A DNA stretch of 64,000 bases, from positions 1 through 64,000 of the forward strand of contig CAWEZH010000003.1 of assembly GCA_963813535.1 (NCBI GenBank), read 5' to 3'. The position numbers and the translations under genes are program-made. This document shows positions 1 through 9,121 of the stretch, one piece after another; positions within the stretch are counted from its first letter, which is position 1; every line of letters begins with the position of its first letter. The notes under the pieces were generated by a model, which was given only the letters and a program-made list of their open reading frames with translations, was not told where the DNA came from and searched no databases. The DNA comes from an uncultured Chloroflexia bacterium (GTDB lineage: Bacteria; Chloroflexota; Limnocylindria; Limnocylindrales; CSP1-4).

Positions 1-80
1 TGAACCCGGACAAGCTCGCGCATCTCGGTCCGGTCGAAAGCCTTCGCGAGGTGATCGACTCGGCGCGTTCGACCGACTGA
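1..80 (+). CDS. 3' end of a probable ECF41/SigJ-family sigma factor (partial)
   Basis: Frame from nt 3 reads NPDKLAHLGPVESLREVIDSARSTD*. NPDKL is the conserved C-terminal motif of ECF41 sigma factors, which are typically flanked by oxidoreductase genes, as here. Confidence 0.6.
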   Translation, partial: NPDKLAHLGPVESLREVIDSARSTD

Positions 81-165
81 TCGTGATCAAGCGGCTCGCG
101 CCGCGTCACGTTGGCGCCCGATGGCGCCCGACCGGCGATGATGGCGGAACAATCGGGAGGTGACG

Positions 166-1077
166 ATGAAGATCGGCGCGATCGTTCCGCAGGGCTGGGT
201 CGGCGAGTACGACGGCTGGGATCCGCTGAAGGCCTGGAAGCGCACGACCGAGGTCGCCCAGCAGGCTGATCGGCTCGGCTTCGAATCCATCTGGCTGTTC
301 GACCACTTCCATACCGTGCCGCGGCCTACGGACGAGATCACGTTCGAGTCGTTCACGACGCTGTCCGCTCTGGCGGCTCTGACGAGCCGTGTACGTCTCG
401 GCCACATCGTGATCTGCACGGCGTTCCGCAACCCGGCGCTCTCGGCCAAGATGATCTCGACGATGGACGCGATCAGCGCCGGGCGGATGGAGCTCGGGAT
501 CGGGGCCGGCTGGAAGCGGGACGAGTGGCTCGCATACGGCTACGGCTTCCCGGAGACGAGTGAGCGGCTCGCCAGGCTCGCCGACGACCTCGGGGTGATC
601 ACCGCGATGCTTGCCGGGGACAAGCATGAACACGCCACGTTCGAGGGTCGCTACAGCAACGTCCGCAACGCCATCAACGTCCCGAAGCCCATCCAGCGGC
701 CACGAGTCCCGGTCATGGTCGGTGGCAACGGGCCGAACGTCACGTGGCGGCTGGCGGCACGCTTCGCGGATGAGCTCAACGTCGATGGAATGTCGCCGGA
801 CGAGGTCCGTGACGCATTGCCGACGATCCGCGCACGCTGCGAGGAGATCGATCGGGATCCGGCGACCCTCGCGATCTCCGTCCATATCTGGGCCGAGACG
901 GCGACCATCCCGGGTCAGCGGCGCATCGACCTCCTGGCCGGCTACCGCGAGGTCGGCGTGGACCGGGTGATGGGGCTCGACAAGCGGAGCGCGACTTCGG
1001 ACGAGGCGCTCGAAGCGTTCGCCGAGGACGCCCGGGCCGCCGGTCTCGAGCTAGCGACACAGACGGCCGAGGCCTGA
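166..1077 (+). CDS. LLM-class (probably F420-dependent) oxidoreductase
   Basis: Motifs ADRLGFESIWLFDHFH, FRNPALSAKMISTMDAISAGRMELGIGAGW, PVMVGGNG. GGGAGG RBS precedes ATG 166. Confidence 0.9.
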   Translation: MKIGAIVPQGWVGEYDGWDPLKAWKRTTEVAQQADRLGFESIWLFDHFHTVPRPTDEITFESFTTLSALAALTSRVRLGHIVICTAFRNPALSAKMISTMDAISAGRMELGIGAGWKRDEWLAYGYGFPETSERLARLADDLGVITAMLAGDKHEHATFEGRYSNVRNAINVPKPIQRPRVPVMVGGNGPNVTWRLAARFADELNVDGMSPDEVRDALPTIRARCEEIDRDPATLAISVHIWAETATIPGQRRIDLLAGYREVGVDRVMGLDKRSATSDEALEAFAEDARAAGLELATQTAEA

Positions 1078-1165
1078 CGAGGACCCCCGCTCCGCTCTCG
1101 CTCGATTCCACCGGTCGGCCACATCGCGTCCGGGCTCGTGAGGCGGCTCCATAGACGCGACTCCG

Positions 1166-1963
1166 ATGGACGCGCCGACCCAAGAACCCGAAACGACGAC
1201 CGACCACGCGCCCGCCGAGGGCGTGACTGGCCGAATGCTCCGGGCGTACGCCTGGATGCTGGCCCATTGGCCGACGTCCGTCCGCTGGCAACTCGCGCTC
1301 ATCGTGATCGGGGTGGTCTTCGTGCTGGCGGCGGTCCCGTTGATGGCACGGGTGGCCGGCATCGTCATCAACCTTGGACTGCTCCCCTACCTCGCGCTGA
1401 TGATCCTGTGCTGGCTTGGCGAGGGTGGTGCGCTCGTCCCGATCCCGGGCGTCCGCCTGCTGAGCTGGGTCACGATCGTCCAGCAGGGCGCGAACCTCGA
1501 CCCGATCCTGGTGGCCGTGCTGGCGGCGGTCGCCATGGCGGCCGGCCAGACGTCGTACTTCGCAGCGGCCCGATACGGCGACCGGTTCGCCTCGGGTCGG
1601 ATCCACCGGTTTGCGCACCTGCGAGTTCCAGGCGCGTCCGCGGACGCGGCCGACACGGCCGAGCACGTCGACGCCGTGACTCCCGTCGAGGCCCGACGGT
1701 CGCGTCGGTTGATGCGCGGCGGTCGCGAGCGCCTCGAGCGGGCCGGCAGGGCGGTCGCCAGCGGGATGCGATCGCACCCGTACCGGACGGTGTTTTTCGC
1801 GTCGATCATCCCCAACCCGGTCACCACGTTGGCGACGCTGACCGCCGCGATGAGTGGGGTGCCGTTCCTGCGCTACCTCCTGCCGTTGACGGCCGGGTTC
1901 CTTATCTTCTGCAGCGTGCTCGCGGCGAGCGGCCGAGGGATCTTGGCCGCGATGGGCCTCTGA
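1166..1963 (+). CDS. DedA/VTT (SNARE-associated)-like membrane protein
   Basis: Several hydrophobic helices; motifs ALVPIPG, AMAAGQTSYFAAARYG, FFASIIPNP. Confidence 0.6.
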   Translation: MDAPTQEPETTTDHAPAEGVTGRMLRAYAWMLAHWPTSVRWQLALIVIGVVFVLAAVPLMARVAGIVINLGLLPYLALMILCWLGEGGALVPIPGVRLLSWVTIVQQGANLDPILVAVLAAVAMAAGQTSYFAAARYGDRFASGRIHRFAHLRVPGASADAADTAEHVDAVTPVEARRSRRLMRGGRERLERAGRAVASGMRSHPYRTVFFASIIPNPVTTLATLTAAMSGVPFLRYLLPLTAGFLIFCSVLAASGRGILAAMGL

Positions 1964-1978
1964 CCGCCCGCCGGGGGC

Positions 1979-2977
1979 TCAACCCTGTTCCGAGGCTGGG
2001 ATCGTCAATCGCACGAGGACGCTGCCCTCGTTGTCGCTCGTCCACACCTGGTCACCATCGACCAGCACGTCGCCGGGACCGTATGGCGCGCTCACGACTC
2101 GCGTCTTGGCACCTGTGGCGGCATCGACCCGCGTGAGGAACGGCTCGACCTCGCGCACCCAGACATCAGCCGGGCCGGCCAGGATGCCCCCGAGCCCTCC
2201 AGGTGCCAACCCCGGGACCGTCAGTTGGACAGCGAGCGACTTCGGATCCAGCCGCACCAGGCCGTCGGCCCCCGCGACCCAGACCGCCCCGCTGGTCCCG
2301 CTGATCTGCATCGGGTCGGGTACGGTCACCTTGGCCGTCACCGATCCGGATGCAGGGTCGAACCGCAGCACGGTGTCCGCATCGGGGCATGTCGCGTAGA
2401 CGACCCCATCAGCCACCGCGAGGTCCGAACACGGCACTGGCAGTGTGACCGGGTCGTCGAGGGTGCTATCGGTCGGGGTCATGCCGACGAGCTGGTCGCC
2501 CTTTCCGGTGAGGACCCAGATCCGGCCTGCGGCCTCCACGAGTCGACCTTGCGAGAAGACCTTGTCGATGGGAATCGTCTCGGTCACCTCATTCGTTTCA
2601 GGATCGATCCGGACGAGGTCCTTGGCAGAACACGTCCAGACAGCGTCGGCCGAGACGCCGAGACCGTTGCACCCGTCCGTGCTCGTCACCCGTGTCACGA
2701 TCTCGGCCTGGATGTCGCCACTCTCGGGGTCGATGCGGTTGACGTGTCCGTCGTCCCGCTTGACCCACAACGAACCGGCTGTGGCCACCAGCCAATCGGG
2801 CCCACCGATGACCTTCAGCTCGAGCGGTGCGAACCCCGTATGGGGCTCGGACGGTGGCGGCGTCGGCAACCCCTGCGACGCGCCGCATGCCCCCACGAGG
2901 CCTGCGACCAGGATCGCCCGTGCAACGCGCACGAACGAGGTGGTCCCTACCTCAACATGACGCTCGGATCTCGACAT
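1979..2977 (-). CDS. Lipoprotein with Vgb/YncE-like beta-propeller repeats
   Basis: GAGGAGG RBS before ATG 2977; lipobox-like LVGAC; repeated GSLWV..RIDP blades. The longer 622-aa ORF is antisense to the kinase gene. Confidence 0.75.
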   Translation of the reverse strand: MSRSERHVEVGTTSFVRVARAILVAGLVGACGASQGLPTPPPSEPHTGFAPLELKVIGGPDWLVATAGSLWVKRDDGHVNRIDPESGDIQAEIVTRVTSTDGCNGLGVSADAVWTCSAKDLVRIDPETNEVTETIPIDKVFSQGRLVEAAGRIWVLTGKGDQLVGMTPTDSTLDDPVTLPVPCSDLAVADGVVYATCPDADTVLRFDPASGSVTAKVTVPDPMQISGTSGAVWVAGADGLVRLDPKSLAVQLTVPGLAPGGLGGILAGPADVWVREVEPFLTRVDAATGAKTRVVSAPYGPGDVLVDGDQVWTSDNEGSVLVRLTIPASEQG

Positions 2978-3112
2978 CGTGTGTCCTCCTCGGTGGATCG
3001 GTCGATCGAGCGTGCGCCGATCCACAGGGCCCGCCCAGCGAGCCATCTCGTGCAGGGACACCCGTGATTTCCCGGGTCCCCGACCGCCGACGCCGTGCGA
3101 CGATGCGGAGCC

Positions 3113-4930
3113 ATGGAGTCGCCTGCACCCCTCATCGAATCGCCTGCGCGGACTGCCGCGCGCCCGAGCCCGCCCGTGGCGCTCATAGCCGCGACGGTCG
3201 GCGCCTTGGCGTTCACGGTGGTGACGCTCCTCGTCGGCATCTCGAGTGGTGCCCCGGCCGACTTCCTCATCCTCGATACGACCATCGGGCTCATCTACAT
3301 CGGGTCCGGCGTCATCGCCTGGCTGCGGCGTCCGGAGGTGCTGACCGGGCCGTTGTTGATCGCCTGCGGCGTGCTCAACTTCGTCGGGAGCTACGGGCCC
3401 ACTGGCTACCCGACGCTGTCGTACCTCGGCTTCGCGTTCGAGCGCTACTACGACGTCGCCATCGCGGTCCTCGTCCTGGCGCTCCCCGCGCGGCTGCCGA
3501 CCGGGGCCGGCCGGGTGCTGGCACTGGCGATGTTCGGAGCCTTCCTGGTCCGGAGCGCGTCGCGGCTCTTCCTGCAGGACCCATCGATGTTCGGCTGCTC
3601 CGACTGCGCGCCGAACCCCTTCGTGATCGCGACCGAGCCGACGGCCTTCACCGCCATCGAGACCGCCTCGAACGTCGCGATCACCCTTCTGGCGCTTGCG
3701 ATCGCCGGCGTCTGCATCCGGCGGCTCGTCACCAGCCGGCCGCTCGTCCGCCGGGTCATGTGGCCGATCCTCGCGGCAGGCGTCGTCGCGATGGTGGCCG
3801 CCGCCTTCGACGCCTTCGAGTTCGCGTATACGGCCGCCACCGGGCAACCGCTGGTCGAACTGGCGGAGCCGTGGGACGCGGTGACGTCGTGGGCCTTGTT
3901 CGGGGCTCGGCTGCTCGTCCCGATCGGCTTCCTTGTCGGGTCATTCCGTCTACGCCAGGCCGGAGGACCGCTGGTACCGCTGGCCGTCGGTCTCGAGCGA
4001 CTGCCATCGCCGATGCGCCTGCAGTCCGCCCTCGCGGCGGCACTCGGTGATCCGGACGTCCGGTTGCTCCGCCCCGATCAGGCCGGTCCCGGGTGGACGG
4101 CCGCCGACGGCCGGCCGGCTGCCGCACCGGTCGAGGACGAGCGCCACGCGGTCACGCTCCTCGAGCATGAGGGCCGGCCGCTCGCGGCGATCGTCCACGA
4201 CCCCGTCCTGCGCGAGGACCCGACGCTCGTCCGGTCCGTGATGGCCGTCCTCCGTCTCGCCGTGGAGAACGAACGCCTCGACGGGGCACTCCAGACCCAA
4301 CTCGAGGAGGTCCGTGCGTCCCGATCGCGCTTGGTCGTTGCCGCGGAAGAGGAGCGTCGCCGGATCGAGCGCGACCTCCACGACGGCGCGCAACAGCGGC
4401 TGGTCGGTGTGACCATCGCACTGCAGCAAGCGCGTCAAACGGCGGATGACACCGCGGTCGGGGGTGAGCTCCGCGAGGCGCTCGCCGTCGCGGCGAACGA
4501 AGTCCAGGCGGCGATCCGTGACCTGCGCGAGCTCGCGCGCGGGATCCATCCTGCCCTGCTCGAGGATGAGGGCCTGCCTGCCGCGGTGACGGCGCTCGGT
4601 CGCCGGGCGAATGTGGCGGTCGAAACGCGGATCGACCTTGCTCGTCGACTGCCCCGCCACATCGAGGCCAGCGCCTACTTCACCGTCGCGGAGGCCCTGA
4701 CCAACGCGGTGCGTCATGCGGGGGCCAGTCGGGTAGATGTGTCCATCCGCGATCTCGGCGATCGACTGGAGATCCTCATCGCGGATGACGGCGTCGGCGG
4801 TGCGGACCCCAGCCGCGGGAGCGGACTGGCCGGCCTTGCTGACAGACTCGCGTCGGTCGACGGCCGCCTCGCGATCGACTCGCCGGCCGGGCGCGGGACA
4901 CGGATCCGTGCCGAGGTGCCGCTCCGATGA
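3113..4930 (+). CDS. Membrane-bound sensor histidine kinase (HisKA_3/NarX-like)
   Basis: Multiple TM helices; H-box ERRRIERDLHDGAQQRL; N-box EALTNAVRHA; G-boxes DDGVGG and GSGLAGL. Confidence 0.92.
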   Translation: MESPAPLIESPARTAARPSPPVALIAATVGALAFTVVTLLVGISSGAPADFLILDTTIGLIYIGSGVIAWLRRPEVLTGPLLIACGVLNFVGSYGPTGYPTLSYLGFAFERYYDVAIAVLVLALPARLPTGAGRVLALAMFGAFLVRSASRLFLQDPSMFGCSDCAPNPFVIATEPTAFTAIETASNVAITLLALAIAGVCIRRLVTSRPLVRRVMWPILAAGVVAMVAAAFDAFEFAYTAATGQPLVELAEPWDAVTSWALFGARLLVPIGFLVGSFRLRQAGGPLVPLAVGLERLPSPMRLQSALAAALGDPDVRLLRPDQAGPGWTAADGRPAAAPVEDERHAVTLLEHEGRPLAAIVHDPVLREDPTLVRSVMAVLRLAVENERLDGALQTQLEEVRASRSRLVVAAEEERRRIERDLHDGAQQRLVGVTIALQQARQTADDTAVGGELREALAVAANEVQAAIRDLRELARGIHPALLEDEGLPAAVTALGRRANVAVETRIDLARRLPRHIEASAYFTVAEALTNAVRHAGASRVDVSIRDLGDRLEILIADDGVGGADPSRGSGLAGLADRLASVDGRLAIDSPAGRGTRIRAEVPLR

Positions 4931-5601
4931 CGACGCCCGACGTGCCGATCCGAGCCGTCGTGGCCGACGACTCCGCGGTCATCCGTTCCGGGGTCATCCG
5001 AATCCTCGAGGACGCCGGTATCACGGTGGTGGCAGAGGCGCGGACCGCCGACGAGTTGATGTCGGCCGTCGCCGAGGACACTCCGGATCTGGCGGTCGTC
5101 GATATCCGGATGCCACCGGGCGGCAATGCCGGGCTGACGGCCGCGCTCGACATCCGCAAGCGGTATGGCGAACGGGTTCGAGTGCTCGTGCTGTCGCAGT
5201 ACCTCGAGCCCGAGTACGCGCTGCGTCTTCTCGGAGCCGGGGCGGGCGGTGTCGGCTACCTGCTCAAGGATCGGCTGGCTGAGGCGAGCGAGCTCGCCGA
5301 CGCCGCCCGACGTGTGGCCGGCGGTGGCTCGGCGGTCGATCCGAGCGTCGTCGACGAGCTCGTGCGCGCGCGACGTGCGACCGACCGCCTGAGCCGGCTG
5401 ACCCCACGCGAGCAGGAGATCCTCGAGCTCGTCGCCCAGGGCCGCTCCAACCGGTCGATCGCCGACGGTCTCGGCGTCACGCCCCGGACCGTCGAGGGCG
5501 CGATCACCGTCATCTTCTCGAAGCTCGGTCTCGAGGAGGACTCCCGCGACAATCGTCGGGTCCTCGCCGTGCTGGCGTATCTCGACGGCGGCGGCGGCTG
5601 A
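4927..5601 (+). CDS. NarL/LuxR-family response regulator
   Basis: Receiver motifs VVADD, VVDIRMP, GYLLK; LuxR HTH LTPREQEILELVAQGRSNRSIA; ATGA overlap with the kinase. Confidence 0.95.
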   Translation: MTTPDVPIRAVVADDSAVIRSGVIRILEDAGITVVAEARTADELMSAVAEDTPDLAVVDIRMPPGGNAGLTAALDIRKRYGERVRVLVLSQYLEPEYALRLLGAGAGGVGYLLKDRLAEASELADAARRVAGGGSAVDPSVVDELVRARRATDRLSRLTPREQEILELVAQGRSNRSIADGLGVTPRTVEGAITVIFSKLGLEEDSRDNRRVLAVLAYLDGGGG

Positions 5602-5603
5602 CC

Positions 5604-6239
5604 CTACTCGGGCGACCACCTCGAGGCCAGCTCCTCGGACGCCGGCGGTGGGCCGGGTAGCGGGTCGGTGCCGTCGGATCGAAGCCCGTCGAGGAACAAC
5701 GTCAGGTAGCGCTGACGGAGCTCGCGCGTCCGCGACGCGTCGCCGAGCCGGATCGACGACACCTGCTCGAGGATCAGCGACAGGTCGTCGACGACCACGT
5801 CGGCCCGCAGGCCACCGGCGGCCTTCGTCCGCTCGACGATGCGGGTGTTCAGGTCGGCCGCCCGAACCGACATGTCATACAGCCCCTCGTCCGGCGCGAA
5901 CGTCCCGGCCAGGTTCATGGTGATCGCGACCGTCTGCGCGTCGAGGAGCCGGGCCATGAATGCCGCAAACGCCTCCCACGGGTCACCGTCGTCCGCAACG
6001 GCCGCCTCGGCTTCCTCGAGGTAGCGCGCCAGTCCGTCCCGCGCGACCTCCCGCAGCAGGTCCTCCTTGCTCCTGTAGCGGCGGTACAGCGCGCTGATGC
6101 CGACGCCCGCGCGGGCGGCGACGGCCGACATCGGCGCGTCCGGATGGGTCGTGAAGACCTCCCGGGCTGCCTCGCGGATGCGGGGGTCGTTGCGCCGCGC
6201 CTGGGCCCGCCGGCCGCTCAGGCGTTCGTGAGATTCCAT
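5604..6239 (-). CDS. TetR/AcrR-family transcriptional regulator
   Basis: HTH motif MSAVAARAGVGISALYRRYRSKEDLL. ATG 6239 is preceded 6 nt upstream by TATCTT (leaderless-like). Confidence 0.9.
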   Translation of the reverse strand: MESHERLSGRRAQARRNDPRIREAAREVFTTHPDAPMSAVAARAGVGISALYRRYRSKEDLLREVARDGLARYLEEAEAAVADDGDPWEAFAAFMARLLDAQTVAITMNLAGTFAPDEGLYDMSVRAADLNTRIVERTKAAGGLRADVVVDDLSLILEQVSSIRLGDASRTRELRQRYLTLFLDGLRSDGTDPLPGPPPASEELASRWSPE

Positions 6240-6240
6240 C

Positions 6241-6295
6241 TGGACAAGATAGCGCTCATTGGGCATAATGGAACGGAACACTTTATTCCGTTCCA
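6241..6295 (+). promoter_or_regulatory. Sigma70-type promoter TGGACA-N17-CATAAT plus TetR operator palindrome
   Basis: TGGACA 6241-6246 and CATAAT 6264-6269. Perfect inverted repeat TGGAACGGAA-N7-TTCCGTTCCA at 6269-6295, between the divergent TetR and hydrolase genes. Confidence 0.75.
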
Positions 6296-6318
6296 GAGCA
6301 CGAAACGGAGGCAAGACC

Positions 6319-7437
6319 ATGAGCGACACGACGATCCGACCGTTCACCCTCGACATCCCGCAGGCCGACCTCGACGACCTGCGCGATCGACTCGACCGGG
6401 CTCGCTGGCCCGACGAGCTCTCCGGCGACGTCGATGACGGCATCAAGCAGTCGTACGTCCGCTCGCTCTACGACCACTGGCGGAGCGAGTACGACTGGCG
6501 GGCGACGGAAACGCGGATCAATGCCAACCCGCAGTTCACCACCGAGATCGACGGCCAGAACGTCCATTTCCTGCACGTCCGCTCCCCCGAGCCGAACGCG
6601 TTGCCCCTGATCGTGACCCACGGCTGGCCCGGGTCGATCCTCGAGTTCTTCGACATCATCGGTCCGCTCAGCGACCCACGAGCCCACGGCGGCGACGCCG
6701 CCGACGCGTTCGACCTGGTGATCCCGTCGATCCCCGGCTACGGGCTCTCGGGCCCGACCCGCGAGCGCGGCTGGAGCAACTACCGGATCGCGGCGGCGTG
6801 GGTGGAGCTGATGCGCCGCCTCGGCTACAAGCGCTACGGCGCCGCCGGCAACGACGCCGGCTCGATGATCTCGCCCGAGGTCGGCAGGCTCGATCCGGAC
6901 AACGTCGTCGGCGTCCACGTCACCCAGCTCTTCTCGTTCCCGTCGGGCGATCCGTCCGAGTTCGAGGGCATGACGCCCGAGGAGATGACCGAGCTCGGCA
7001 CGCTGCAGTGGTTCTTCGAGAACAAGATGTCCTTCAACAAGGTGTTCTCTGAGCAGCCGCAGACCGTGGCCTACGGCATCACCGACTCGCCCCTGGGGCT
7101 GCTCGCCTGGAATGCCCAGCTCCTGGGCGAGGATCTCGACGCGGACTTCCAGCTCTCGAACGTGATGCTGTACTGGCTCACCGGGACCGCCGGTTCGGCC
7201 GGGCGGCTGTACTACGAGAACGCCCACGTCCAGGATCGCCCGACCGAGCCGACGACGGTCCCGATCGGGTTGGCCGGGTTCGGAGGCGACTTCAGCGGCA
7301 TCCGCCGGTTCGCCGAGCGCGATCACTCGAACATCGTCAGCTGGAACATGTACCCGAGCGGCGGGCACTTCGCGGCGCACAAGGCGCCGAACGAGCTGAT
7401 CGGCGACATCCGGGCGTTCTACCGCCCGCTGCGCTGA
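6319..7437 (+). CDS. Epoxide hydrolase (EHN domain plus alpha/beta hydrolase)
   Basis: Motifs IRPFTLDIPQADLDDLRDRLDRARWP, HGWPGS, GNDAG nucleophile, GGHFAAH; GGAGG RBS. Confidence 0.92.
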   Translation: MSDTTIRPFTLDIPQADLDDLRDRLDRARWPDELSGDVDDGIKQSYVRSLYDHWRSEYDWRATETRINANPQFTTEIDGQNVHFLHVRSPEPNALPLIVTHGWPGSILEFFDIIGPLSDPRAHGGDAADAFDLVIPSIPGYGLSGPTRERGWSNYRIAAAWVELMRRLGYKRYGAAGNDAGSMISPEVGRLDPDNVVGVHVTQLFSFPSGDPSEFEGMTPEEMTELGTLQWFFENKMSFNKVFSEQPQTVAYGITDSPLGLLAWNAQLLGEDLDADFQLSNVMLYWLTGTAGSAGRLYYENAHVQDRPTEPTTVPIGLAGFGGDFSGIRRFAERDHSNIVSWNMYPSGGHFAAHKAPNELIGDIRAFYRPLR

Positions 7438-7479
7438 CCCGGACACCCGAGGCCGGCCGTGCGCGGGACGGTTGCGTGG

Positions 7480-7582
7480 TACGGTATTTGCTCGCCGCCT
7501 CTTGTGGCGAAGCTCGCGTGGTCGACTTCCTCTCGAACGGACCGTGCGCCGCAAACCTGTTCGAGAATATTGGGAGGTCATC
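7480..7582 (+). promoter_or_regulatory. Structured 5' leader of the cold-shock gene
   Basis: TACGGT -10-like hexamer at 7480. The roughly 90-nt leader contains stem TCTCGAAC(G)G...C(C)TGTTCGAGA just before the GGGAGG RBS. csp genes commonly have structured leaders. Confidence 0.45.
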
Positions 7583-7786
7583 ATGGCCACCGGTACCGTC
7601 AAGCGCGTCGTCGCCGATCGTGGATTCGGCTTCATCGCTGCCGAGGATGAGAAGGAATACTTCTTCCATCGCAACAGCCTCGAGGCCCCACTCGACTTCG
7701 ACCGCCTCGTCGGCGGCGAGCGTGTCGAGTTCGACGTCGAGCAGAGTCCCAAGGGCCCGCGCGCCAACAAGGTGCGCGCCGCCTAG
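7583..7786 (+). CDS. cspA: Cold-shock domain protein
   Basis: MATGTVKRVVADRGFGFI...EYFFHRNS...QSPKGPRANKV contains RNP1/RNP2; 67 aa; GGGAGG RBS. Confidence 0.93.
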   Translation: MATGTVKRVVADRGFGFIAAEDEKEYFFHRNSLEAPLDFDRLVGGERVEFDVEQSPKGPRANKVRAA

Positions 7787-7827
7787 GACGTCTGGCGGGC
7801 CCACCGCCCGCTGACGACGCAAGATCC

Positions 7828-7857
7828 CGACCCGGGTCGTCTGACGGCCCGGGTCGA
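7828..7857. terminator. Hairpin between convergent genes
   Basis: GACCCGGGTCGTC-T-GACGGCCCGGGTC inverted repeat downstream of the csp gene. Confidence 0.5.
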
Positions 7858-7887
7858 TCGAATTCCGGCGTGCGCGTCAGGTCACGA

Positions 7888-9061
7888 TCAGCGGTACTGG
7901 CGCAGGAACTCGCGCAGGTCGCCGACCAGCAGGTCGGGCTGCTCCATGGCCGGGAAATGGCCGCCGACCGGGAACTCGGTCCAGTGCTCGATGGCCCGCT
8001 CCGGATCGAGGAGGGTGCGGACGAACGACTCCGATCCGAAGACCGCGAAGCCGACCGGCGCCGGTCCCGGCTCGCCCCATTCCTGCGCATGCATGCTCTC
8101 GTACAGGGCGTGCGCCGCCGATGCGCCGGACCGCGTGAACCAGTACAGGCTGACGTTGGCGAGGAACTGGTCCTTATCGACCGCCTCCTCCGGCAGGTCC
8201 GCCGACCGATCCGTCCACGCCTGGAACTTCTCGGCGATCCACGCCAGCTGTCCGACCGGAGAATCGGTCAGCGCGTAGCCGATCGTCTGCGGACGAGTCG
8301 ACTGCAGGCGCAGGTAGCCCTCGTCGTCGGTCGAGCGGGCCTTCAGCTCCTCGACCCGAGCCCGCTCGTCATCCGACAGACCCTCGCGCTGGGCCGGATC
8401 GCCGCCCCACGATGCGAACGTGACGGCGGTCGGCGCATCCGAGGTAACGTGCACGGCCACGACGCGTTCCGGGTCGGCGGCGCTCATCCCGCCGGCGATT
8501 CCCGCGCCGATGTCCCCACCGGCCGCCGCATACCGCTCGTAGCCGAGTCCTTGCATGAGTTGCGCGAAGGCTCTGGCGATGCGCCCGCTCGTCCAGCCGG
8601 TGTCCGAAACGGGCACCGAGTACGCCGAAGCCCGGGATCGATGGCACGACAACGTGGAAAGCGTCCGCGGCGTCGCCGCCGTGCCCCGCCGGATCGGTCA
8701 GCGGCGCGAGCATCCGCGCGAACTCGATCGGCGAGCCAGGCCAGCTGTGCAGGAGGAGCAGCGGCAGCGCGCCCTCGACGTCGCTGCGAGCGTGCAGGAA
8801 ATGGATGGGCTGGCCATCGATCGTCGTGATCGATTGCGGGACGGCGTTCAGGGCCGCCTCCTGGGCGCGCCAATCGAAGTCGCTCGCCCAATAGCCCGCG
8901 AGGCGCTGCAGGTAGTCCAGTGGCGCGCCGCGGCTCCAGCCAGTGTCGGCGGGTCCGGCGTCGGGCCACCGTGTTCGCGCCAGGCGATCGCGCAGGTCGG
9001 CGAGCTCCGCATCGGCGATCGCGACGCGGAAGGGCGTGAAGGTCGACGTTTCGGTGGCCAT
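7888..9061 (-). CDS. Epoxide hydrolase with one +1 frameshift near 8625 (assembly error or pseudogene)
   Basis: The N-part ([34 protein letters not shown]) is in one frame; the C-part ([25 protein letters not shown]) is in another. Span 1174 nt = 3n+1. Confidence 0.85.
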
Positions 9062-9121
9062 CGATGTCGTCCTCGAAGCGGGCGTTGAGGTTCCCATTGT
9101 CGGCCGTGACGTACGGCGCGG

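Noticed and set aside
1979-3847. 622-aa ORF and similar N-terminally extended ORFs (30103-32217, 32528-34834, 47403-49412, 51751-53760)
   Set aside because: The extensions are antisense or off-frame readings of neighbouring genes. True starts were set from RBS and family motifs.
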